Assembly: GCA_031414595.1 (NCBI GenBank)
Contig: JANNVX010000116.1
Span: forward strand, 1 to 13,302
Reading direction: 5' to 3'
Length of the DNA stretch: 13,302 nucleotides
Origin: Deinococcales bacterium
GTDB taxonomy: Bacteria; Deinococcota; Deinococci; Deinococcales; JAAFIG01
This document shows, one piece after another, positions 1 to 6,942 of the stretch (the stretch's first letter is position 1; the number at the start of each line of letters is the position of its first letter). A model generated the notes under the pieces. It ran no database searches. It was not told where the DNA came from and was given only the letters and a program-made list of their open reading frames with translations. A program made the translations under genes and the position numbers.

Positions 1-112
1 GCCATATCACTTGGCGACGAGTTTTTTCTTTGGCATCTTTGCACTGTTTGTAGTGTTTCTCGAGTTCTTCAGTCGTATGGTGGGCGGTTAGAGGTGTGCC
101 TAATCTTGACAT
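1..112 (-). mobile_element. 5' part of a probable IS630-family transposase (N-terminal HTH region), running off the window start
   Basis: Not in the ORF track. Manual translation from ATG at 112: MSRLGTPLTAHHTTEELEKHYKQCKDAKEKTRRQVIW. The H-x-x-EEL-x-x-x-Y...KD...QVIW pattern resembles IS630-family transposase N-termini as I recall them. Only 37 codons are visible. Confidence 0.6.
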
Positions 113-122
113 TCCTTATTAT

Positions 123-1007
123 CTACCTAAAGTTGGTATTACTGGTTATTTCAACAAAGGCTTCCTCGAGTCCAACACCAGCCACACTTAAATCGGTAAT
201 TGGCTGCTGGGCTAAAAAAAGCTGACTTAAAATTCGTTCTGGCTCGAGCGTAAAAAAACTGATTTGATCACCAATCACACTCCAACGATTTGTATTGGCT
301 ATCGGCAACAGGTTTTCGGGGTTGGCTAACTTAAACTGCACTTTTTTACCACCCACTCTGGCTTTTATTTGGTTTGGTGTGCCGTCTGCCACAATTTTCC
401 CTTGGTTAATCACCACAATTCGGCTGGCAAGTGCATCGGCTTCCTCAAGATAATGGGTGGTTAAAACAATTGTTTTGCCTGCTTTGGCAAAACCACTCAC
501 CCTTTCCCAAAAAGTGCGTCTGGCTTCGACATCAAGCGCAGCCGTAGGCTCATCTAAAAACAGTAAATCTGGATTACCAATCATAGATAAGGCAAAGCAC
601 AAACGTTTTTTCTGCCCACCCGATAAACCAGAACTCAGTTGTGTGGCTTGTTCCTCGAGTCCAGCCAGTGCCAAAGCAGCCTTGACTGTTAGCGGCTGAT
701 TGTACTGTCGTGCAAAGAGTTCTAGCACTTCTTGGCACTTTAAGTTTGCAGGTAATTCCGAACTTTGCAGCATTGCCCCGAAACGCAATTGGGCGGCGCG
801 GTCTCGAGGCGCAAGTCCAAAAATCTTGGCTGTTCCTGTGTCTGGACTGCGTAAACCCAGCATCACCGAAATAGCCGTGGTCTTACCCGCGCCGTTTGGT
901 CCAAGCAGCGCAATTACTTCGCCTTGCTGCACTGATAAACTAACGTTTTCCAAGGCTTTAACTTTACCAAACTGCTTACTGATGTTCTTTAATTCAATCG
1001 CATTCAT
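123..1007 (-). CDS. ABC transporter ATP-binding protein (ABC-2/drug-exporter type, YvfR-like)
   Basis: Walker A GPNGAGKTT, signature LSGGQKKR, Walker B/D-loop LLFLDEPTAALD, H-loop TTHYLEEA, C-terminal LEEAF. GAGG lies upstream of the ATG. Confidence 0.95.
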   Translation of the reverse strand: MNAIELKNISKQFGKVKALENVSLSVQQGEVIALLGPNGAGKTTAISVMLGLRSPDTGTAKIFGLAPRDRAAQLRFGAMLQSSELPANLKCQEVLELFARQYNQPLTVKAALALAGLEEQATQLSSGLSGGQKKRLCFALSMIGNPDLLFLDEPTAALDVEARRTFWERVSGFAKAGKTIVLTTHYLEEADALASRIVVINQGKIVADGTPNQIKARVGGKKVQFKLANPENLLPIANTNRWSVIGDQISFFTLEPERILSQLFLAQQPITDLSVAGVGLEEAFVEITSNTNFR

Positions 1008-1054
1008 GCCCTAACCTCGAGACTTAGTTTGCCACTTTTTACTTGCCTCGAGCA

Positions 1055-1091
1055 GTGCAAGTTGTCAGGGCTTCAAGATGACAATTGTCAG
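1055..1091 (-). promoter_or_regulatory. Candidate DesR/NarL-family response-regulator binding site upstream of the ABC ATPase
   Basis: Minus strand reads CTGACAATTGTCAT (1091-1078, palindromic core TGACAATTGTCA), a 9-nt spacer, then CTGACAACTTGCAC (1068-1055). This matches the arrangement I recall for the B. subtilis des promoter. Confidence 0.6.
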
Positions 1092-1095
1092 GTAC

Positions 1096-1131
1096 AAAAA
1101 AGCAGAACTGAAAACCAGTTCTGCTTTTTTT
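1096..1131. terminator. Intrinsic terminator of secDF (bidirectional form)
   Basis: AAAAAA-GCAGAACTG-aaaac-CAGTTCTGC-TTTTTTT: perfect 9-bp stem with A/T tracts on both sides, about 35 nt after the secDF stop. Confidence 0.9.
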
Positions 1132-1164
1132 ACCTAGATTTTCTAGCTCAAGGCTTAAAGCCTT

Positions 1165-3711
1165 CTAAACCTTAGCCGCCGCTCGAGAAGCCTTCTTGCG
1201 GTTGTCCTGCCAGTCCTTAAAGAAGACTGCCATTGGCGCAACAATGTAAATACTCGAGTACGTTCCAACGATAATGCCAATCACCAAAATAAAACTAAAG
1301 TCACGCAGCACCGGACCACCCAGAATTAAAAGTGCAACCAAAGGCAGCATCGTAGCAATGCTGGTCATCAGGGTTCTCGAGAGCGTCTGGTTGATGCTGG
1401 TGTTGACAATCGCGGCGTATGGTTGTCCACGCATGACTTTTAGGTTCTCGCGGATACGGTCTGAAACAATGATGCTGTCGTTTAAGCTGTAACCAATCAG
1501 GGTCAGGACAGCCGCCACCGTGGTAATCGTAAATTCACGCCCCAAGAGGGCATACAACCCAAAACAGATAAAAACATCGTGTGCCACGGCAAAAATACTA
1601 CCAACACCAAGTACCCAGTCAAAGCGCACTGCCACATAAATCATGGTTAAACCAAGTGCGACCAGCACCGCAAGAATCGTCTTGGTGGTCAGTTCGTTAC
1701 CAACGGCTGCACCAACGGTTTCTACAGTGTCTACTTTGGCATTCTGGATTTTACTAATCGCATCTGAAATCACTTTGACTTCGTTTTTGCCGCCCGTTGC
1801 ACCGTTATCTAAAGTACGGGTACGCACTGTGAAATCCTTTAAGGCTTCGCCCGGAGTATTGCTTTCGACCACCACAATCCCGCCTTCGGTTACGCCCTCG
1901 AGTCCGCTACCGCCAACCGCAAGCCGCATTTGCTCGGAGGTGACAGTCAGTGGTGCTTTAATCAGAAGGCTTGTTCCAGCCGTGAAATCTACCCCAAAAA
2001 TAAAGCCTTTAAGAAGCATTGCCACCAAACCAAGCATTGCAAGAGCAACACTGGCAGTGGTGATGTATTTACTTAAGGACATAAAGTCAAATTTAGGCGT
2101 GGCAAACCAGTCACGCGCCTTAAACTTAAAGCGTTGTGCCATCAACTCGAGCAACCACTTGCTAAAAAACAGGTTAGAGAATGTACTGGCAATAATACCA
2201 ACTGCCAGCGTGACTGCAAAGCCTTTGACTGGTCCGGTGGCATAGTTATAAAGCGCCGCAGCCGAGATTAAATGCGAGAAATTAACATCAAAAATCGTCC
2301 AGAAGCTATTGCCAAACCCACCTTTAATCGCGGATTTTAAGGATAGCCCATCTCGTATTTCTTCTTTGATGCGCTCAAAACTAATCACGTTTCCGTCCAC
2401 CGCACTACCAATCGTTAGCACCAAACCAGCGATACCGGGCAAGGTCAGCACCGCACCAAGCCCAGCCATCATCCCGAAAATCGCTAACCCCGAAAACAAC
2501 AAGCCCAGAGCCGCCACTGTCCCAAAGAACAAACCGTAATAGGCATAGACCAGTACAAAAATTGCTGCCACACCAATTAAAGCCGCCGTTAAACCCTGAC
2601 GAATTGCATCCGCACCAAGGGTTGGTCCAATCGCACGGGTTTCAACGATATTAACGGGGATACGCAGCGCACCAGAACGCAGCACTAAGGAAAGGTCGTT
2701 GGCTTCCTCGAGCGAGAAATTACCTGTAATCTGACCACTCGCGCCAATCCGTTGATTGATACTTGGAGCGCTTTGCACAACACCGTCAAGGACAATCGCA
2801 AAGCGTTTACCGACATTTTTTCCAGTCACATCTGAAAAAACTGAAGCGCCAGACGGCGTAAGTTCAAAAGAAACGGTTGGTTGACCAAATTGGTCAAATT
2901 GGGTGGCGGCTCGAGCAATCGCTTCACCTGTTAAAAGGGCTGGCTCGAGGTCTGTGGGTAATAAATCTGCATCGCTTTTACCCTGAGCCTCTGGTTTTAA
3001 GAGCTTAAACTCGAGCTTGGCGGTTTTACCAATCAAGCTAATCGCACGGGTTTGGTCGGCTTGCGATAATCCCGGTAACTCAACCACAATCCGTTTTGTC
3101 CCCTGAATTTGCACCAAAGGCTCTGCCACACCAGTTTGATTGACACGGTTTTCAATCACATTACGAACTTGGTTTAAGTCTTCGGTAGTAAAGCCAGAAA
3201 CTTTACTGGTGTCCGCTTCGAGCAGCACCCGCAAACCACCACGTAAATCTAAACCCAACTCGAGCATTTCTGGGGCTTCTGCCACATACTCTACTTTGGC
3301 ATCCTTTAACTTGGCTTTTAATGGATTGACAATCGCTTTCCAAGTGGCTGTCGGCAGTGGTGTTTTAGCGTTGGCATTGACCACACTAAACGAAGTCCCG
3401 TTTGGTTCGACTTTGACCGATTCAATACTGGTAATCGCTCCAGTTTCGCCAAGCAACTTGGTTAAAGCGGCTGCCGTAATCGGTGTTTTAGGAGTTATTG
3501 ATAACGATTCTGTACGCGGCGCAAATGGTTTCCATAAGGCAAAAATGCTGCCTAGTACAATTGCCAGCATCACCAGACCTGTGACCAAATGGGTAGACCA
3601 AAAACTTTCTTGTGGCAAGTTCTTCTTATTGCGATTGTTGTTTTTCTCGCTCCGTTCACGGGCTTCTCGAGCCAGATTTTGAGCGCTGGAACTGCGGTTT
3701 TTTAGGGTCAT
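1165..3711 (-). CDS. secDF: Fused protein translocase subunit SecDF
   Basis: SecD motifs LGLDLRGG, RIVVELPG, IGPTLG, AVDGNVISFERIKEE. SecF motifs GVDFTAG, HDV, GYSLNDSIIVSDRIRE, TLSRT. Many TM segments. SD AAAGGA upstream of the ATG. Confidence 0.97.
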   Translation of the reverse strand: MTLKNRSSSAQNLAREARERSEKNNNRNKKNLPQESFWSTHLVTGLVMLAIVLGSIFALWKPFAPRTESLSITPKTPITAAALTKLLGETGAITSIESVKVEPNGTSFSVVNANAKTPLPTATWKAIVNPLKAKLKDAKVEYVAEAPEMLELGLDLRGGLRVLLEADTSKVSGFTTEDLNQVRNVIENRVNQTGVAEPLVQIQGTKRIVVELPGLSQADQTRAISLIGKTAKLEFKLLKPEAQGKSDADLLPTDLEPALLTGEAIARAATQFDQFGQPTVSFELTPSGASVFSDVTGKNVGKRFAIVLDGVVQSAPSINQRIGASGQITGNFSLEEANDLSLVLRSGALRIPVNIVETRAIGPTLGADAIRQGLTAALIGVAAIFVLVYAYYGLFFGTVAALGLLFSGLAIFGMMAGLGAVLTLPGIAGLVLTIGSAVDGNVISFERIKEEIRDGLSLKSAIKGGFGNSFWTIFDVNFSHLISAAALYNYATGPVKGFAVTLAVGIIASTFSNLFFSKWLLELMAQRFKFKARDWFATPKFDFMSLSKYITTASVALAMLGLVAMLLKGFIFGVDFTAGTSLLIKAPLTVTSEQMRLAVGGSGLEGVTEGGIVVVESNTPGEALKDFTVRTRTLDNGATGGKNEVKVISDAISKIQNAKVDTVETVGAAVGNELTTKTILAVLVALGLTMIYVAVRFDWVLGVGSIFAVAHDVFICFGLYALLGREFTITTVAAVLTLIGYSLNDSIIVSDRIRENLKVMRGQPYAAIVNTSINQTLSRTLMTSIATMLPLVALLILGGPVLRDFSFILVIGIIVGTYSSIYIVAPMAVFFKDWQDNRKKASRAAAKV

Positions 3712-3730
3712 AAGTTACATCCTTTAATGG

Positions 3731-3898
3731 CTACTAGCTGTTAGTAATTAGCTTCTAGCTTGTGGGGTTTTGTATAAGTTGCTTGCCTTGAAAGGAACAA
3801 AGTATAGGGCAACACGGGTTCGCCCTGCTCAGCAGTGGTTCAAAGTGATTTATGCTGATGTGCTTAATAGCTAGAAACTAGAAGCTATCAGCTAGTAG
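3731..3898. repeat. Inverted pair of degenerate 7-bp tandem repeats forming a long stem between the uORF stop and the secDF RBS
   Basis: CTACTAGCTG (3731-3740) pairs with CAGCTAGTAG (3889-3898). TAGCTTCTAG (3749-3758) pairs with CTAGAAGCTA (3878-3887). Both arms have period 7 (right arm tagctag/aaactag/aagctat/cagctag). Confidence 0.8.
3806..3828. repeat. Degenerate REP-like palindrome in the loop of the secDF leader stem
   Basis: AGGGCAACACGGGTTCGCCCTGC, similar to AGGGCGGACACGGGGGTCCGCCCCTAC at 13225-13251. Confidence 0.55.
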
Positions 3899-3902
3899 TT
3901 AA

Positions 3903-4220
3903 CTATTCGTTCCATCTCGAGAAACGCGCCAAAGTATCGGTTTGGAACGCTTCGGGGGTGGTGCTTAAAAAACGTGAGACCAGCAAAAATACTGGTGTCT
4001 CGAGGTATGCCGTGATGGTTGGAGCAAGACCTGTTTCTCGGGTCGTGTTTTGGACTTGTGTGACTGTACGAAGGTTCTCTGAAACCGTTTGTTGGTCTTG
4101 GGCTGGGCTTGAAAGGCTCGAGAGATTGTTTTTATTGGGTCGCGGTGCAGCAAACATCCCAAATGCCCAAGGTTGTAGGGCAAGGATAACAGCGAGAACT
4201 CGAGCCAGAAGGATTTGCAT
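3903..4220 (-). CDS. Small secreted or membrane-targeted uORF of secDF (105 aa); candidate translation-arrest/monitoring peptide
   Basis: From ATG 4220: MQILLARVLAVILALQPWAFG (signal-like hydrophobic N-terminus), a polar S/T/Q-rich linker, and C-terminus ...DTLARFSRWNE*. Same strand as secDF and 191 nt upstream of it. Extended -10 TGaTACAAT at 4240-4232. Confidence 0.65.
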   Translation of the reverse strand: MQILLARVLAVILALQPWAFGMFAAPRPNKNNLSSLSSPAQDQQTVSENLRTVTQVQNTTRETGLAPTITAYLETPVFLLVSRFLSTTPEAFQTDTLARFSRWNE

Positions 4221-4231
4221 AAAGCCTGCGG

Positions 4232-4240
4232 ATTGTATCA
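4232..4240 (-). promoter_or_regulatory. Extended -10 promoter element for the uORF-secDF transcript
   Basis: Minus strand TG-A-TACAAT, 11 nt upstream of ATG 4220. Confidence 0.55.
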
Positions 4241-4290
4241 GGTCTTGGGCTGCTTGGCGAATTTTACGGTTAATCCCATGTATTGTGGAG

Positions 4291-4296
4291 TACAAT
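4291..4296 (+). promoter_or_regulatory. -10 element of a leaderless transcript (class-V aminotransferase)
   Basis: TACAAT then 5 nt (aaatc) then ATG 4302. Confidence 0.6.
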
Positions 4297-4301
4297 AAAT
4301 C

Positions 4302-5903
4302 ATGGACATCACCACGGATTGGATTCGTGACAACTTAATTGGCGCAAACTCGATCATCAAGACCCCTTTTGGTCAGAGGCGTTTAACCTATGCCGATTAC
4401 ATTGCATCGGGGCGAGGTTTAACTTTTGTTGAACAAACCCTACAAAATTGTGTTTTGCCATTTTACGCCAATACCCACACCGAGGATAGCCTCACAGGTT
4501 CACGCACCACCCATTTTGCCCATGAAGCGGGCGAGTACATCAAAGCCCAACTCAACGCCCCGCAATACAAAATTGTCTTTTGTGGTTCGGGCAGCACCGC
4601 CGCGATTAAACGCATCCAAGAAATTCTGGGTTTAGCTGCACCTAGTCAGCTTAAAAAACGCCTGCTCGAGATTATGCCGCCCGACGAGCGCCCCGTGGTT
4701 TTTGTCGGTCCTTATGAGCATCACAGCAACGAGGTCTCTTGGCGCGAAAGCCTTGCCGAAGTGGTCGAGATTCCGCTTTGTCCAAAAGGTTTAATAGATT
4801 TAGATGCGCTTCGGGACGCACTCAAAGACCCTCGTTTTGCAGGTCGTCCTAAAATCGGTTCGTTTAGTGCCGCCAGCAATGTCACAGGTTTAATTTCAGA
4901 CACACGCAGTATTGCCAGATTGCTCCATGCCCAAGGCGCATATGCTTTCTTTGACTTTGCCGCCAGTGCGCCTTATGTTAAAATTGATATGCGTCCTGAT
5001 AAACCCGATGGGTACGATGCTGTTTTTATCAGCCCACACAAAATGATTGGTGGAATTGGCAGCCCCGGCATTCTGGTGTTTAATCCAAGTTTGTATCAAC
5101 TGTCCACGCCAAGCACGGCTGGCGGCGGCACAGTTACCTATGTCTCGAGCAGTGACCATGACTTTACCGATGACATTGAAGCCAGAGAAGATGCTGGCAC
5201 ACCCGCGATTCTGCAAAAAATGCGAGCCGCCTTTGGATTTTGGGTCAAAGCCCAAATTGGCACAGAGCAAATCGAAAAGAACGAAAAAAACTACATCAAA
5301 ACTGCCATTGCCCGTCTGCGCCAACACCCGAACCTCGAGATACTGGGCAACCTCGAGATGCCACGCCTTGCGGTGCTGTCATTTTTGATTCGCAGTGGCT
5401 CGAGTTACTTGCATCCACGCTTTGTGGTTAAGCTCCTGAACGACCTTTTTGGCATTCAATCTAGGGGCGGTTGTGCTTGTGCGGGTCCTTATGGGCATCG
5501 GCTGCTTGACATTGATACCGCGACCTCAGATGCCTACCGCGCCAGTGTTGGGGCAGGATTTGAAGGGATTAAACCCGGTTGGACACGGCTTAACTTTAAT
5601 TACTTCATAGACCAAACCGAATACAATTTTTTACTCGAGGCAATTGAATTTATTGCCACTTACGGCGAACGCTTTGTAACGCTTTATGATTTTAATTGGC
5701 AGACTGGTGCTTGGACACATAAACAAGACTCGAGCCAAGACGTTTCACTGTTTGATTTTGTACCAGCCACACTCGAGACCAGCCCAGCCAATTACGCCGC
5801 GTACCTTAAAGAAGCCCAAGCCATTGCGGATTCGCTCGAGAATCCAGCCGACCGTGAAATTCCAAATGGTGTGCCGACAGAACTGGTGTTCTTTAGGCAT
5901 TAG
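4302..5903 (+). CDS. Aminotransferase class V / cysteine-desulfurase-like PLP-dependent enzyme
   Basis: YADYIASGR, YANTHTE, GPYEHHSN, AASNVTG, FFDFAASAPY, PLP-lysine motif SPHKMIGG, and RGGCACAGPYGH. Confidence 0.9.
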   Translation: MDITTDWIRDNLIGANSIIKTPFGQRRLTYADYIASGRGLTFVEQTLQNCVLPFYANTHTEDSLTGSRTTHFAHEAGEYIKAQLNAPQYKIVFCGSGSTAAIKRIQEILGLAAPSQLKKRLLEIMPPDERPVVFVGPYEHHSNEVSWRESLAEVVEIPLCPKGLIDLDALRDALKDPRFAGRPKIGSFSAASNVTGLISDTRSIARLLHAQGAYAFFDFAASAPYVKIDMRPDKPDGYDAVFISPHKMIGGIGSPGILVFNPSLYQLSTPSTAGGGTVTYVSSSDHDFTDDIEAREDAGTPAILQKMRAAFGFWVKAQIGTEQIEKNEKNYIKTAIARLRQHPNLEILGNLEMPRLAVLSFLIRSGSSYLHPRFVVKLLNDLFGIQSRGGCACAGPYGHRLLDIDTATSDAYRASVGAGFEGIKPGWTRLNFNYFIDQTEYNFLLEAIEFIATYGERFVTLYDFNWQTGAWTHKQDSSQDVSLFDFVPATLETSPANYAAYLKEAQAIADSLENPADREIPNGVPTELVFFRH

Positions 5904-5906
5904 AAT
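5901..5906 (+). promoter_or_regulatory. -10 element of a leaderless transcript (P-II-like gene), overlapping the upstream stop codon
   Basis: TAGAAT then 6 nt then ATG 5913. No SD. Confidence 0.55.
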
Positions 5907-5912
5907 ACCCTT

Positions 5913-6221
5913 ATGCAAACCACTCACCTAAAACGAGTCACGATTATTGCCGAGGCACTGCTCGAGAAAGCCTTGCTGCGCGATATTAAATCTCTTGGCG
6001 CAACTGGCTACACGATCACCACGGCACGCGGCGAAGGCTCACGCGGGGTTCGAGCCTCGGATTGGGAAGGTGGCAACATCAAACTCGAGACATTGGTGTC
6101 TGAAAGCACCGCCCATAAAATTTTAGGGCAAATCTCGAGTAGTTATTTCGAGCATCACGCGGTTATTGCCTACTTAGAAAGTGTTGAAGTGGTACGCGGT
6201 GAAAAATACCTTGGAAAATAG
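5913..6221 (+). CDS. P-II-like signalling protein (SbtB-like/non-canonical P-II)
   Basis: 102 aa with KRVTIIAE, GATGYTITTARGEGSRG and NIKLETLV, ending in VEVVRGEKY. The T-loop is short and lacks the GlnB YRG..Y signature. Confidence 0.8.
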   Translation: MQTTHLKRVTIIAEALLEKALLRDIKSLGATGYTITTARGEGSRGVRASDWEGGNIKLETLVSESTAHKILGQISSSYFEHHAVIAYLESVEVVRGEKYLGK

Positions 6222-6227
6222 TAAACT
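6222..6227 (+). promoter_or_regulatory. -10 element of a leaderless vapBC transcript
   Basis: TAAACT directly after the upstream stop, then 5 nt, then ATG 6233. Confidence 0.55.
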
Positions 6228-6232
6228 AATCC

Positions 6233-6493
6233 ATGACCATTCATATAGAAGCTGATGGGACATTGAAATTACCCGCGTCTATTCTCGAGCAATTGGGGTC
6301 GAACGAAGTGGATGTGCGTCTCGAGGGAAGGGTAGTGCATCTCGAGGCAGCCCGACCTAAACGCATTTTTGAACTCGAGACCCAAGAAGAACGCAAAGCA
6401 GCTTTTGAAGCGTGGGCAAGCCGAGTGGTTCAACCAACAGGCGTTTCGCTCCCTGAAGATTGGGCGACAATCCGTGATGGGATTTACGACTAA
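6233..6493 (+). CDS. vapB: VapB-type antitoxin (AbrB/MazE-like N-terminus)
   Basis: N-terminal IHIEADGTLKLPASILEQLG looks like a swapped hairpin. C-terminus ends RDGIYD. TAATG overlap with the PIN toxin gene. Confidence 0.75.
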   Translation: MTIHIEADGTLKLPASILEQLGSNEVDVRLEGRVVHLEAARPKRIFELETQEERKAAFEAWASRVVQPTGVSLPEDWATIRDGIYD

Positions 6494-6930
6494 TGGATTT
6501 TTTAGCCGATACCAACATTATTTCTCGTTTTGTCAATCGTGATGATTTACTGCACGGGGTTGTCTTCAAGGCAATTCGAGAATTATCTATGCAAAAAAAT
6601 CGAATTGTGATTGTGCCTCAAGTCTTGTATGAATTCTGGGCAATTGCTACTCGTCCCACTGCTGCTAATGGCTTGGGTTGGTCGGTTGAACGCACCCGAG
6701 CCGAAATAGATGATTTACTGACTCAATTTACTTTACTTGCAGACGATTCACAAGTTTTTAATTATTGGCTCGAGTTGGTCACTAAGTATCAAGTCAGTGG
6801 CAAACCGAGCCATGATGCACGCTTAGTGGCGGCGATGCAAGTTCATGGTTTAACCAATTTACTGACCCTAAACACCGACGATTTTAAGCGCTTCTCGAGC
6901 ATCAATGTGTTTCATCCCAGTCAATTCTAA
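6493..6930 (+). CDS. vapC: PIN-domain toxin VapC
   Basis: FLADTNII, QVLYEFW, HDARLVAAM and LLTLNTDDF carry the conserved PIN acidic residues. Confidence 0.92.
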   Translation: MDFLADTNIISRFVNRDDLLHGVVFKAIRELSMQKNRIVIVPQVLYEFWAIATRPTAANGLGWSVERTRAEIDDLLTQFTLLADDSQVFNYWLELVTKYQVSGKPSHDARLVAAMQVHGLTNLLTLNTDDFKRFSSINVFHPSQF

Positions 6931-6942
6931 ACGGAGGAATTT

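Noticed and set aside
1274-3682. Plus-strand ORFs (72-200 aa) within secDF
   Set aside because: Antisense shadows of a well-supported gene, with no recognisable motifs.
4221-4295. Longer 130-aa version of the uORF starting at 4295
   Set aside because: It would overlap the divergent gene's -10 and leave no room for promoters. ATG 4220 follows an extended -10 and begins the hydrophobic segment.
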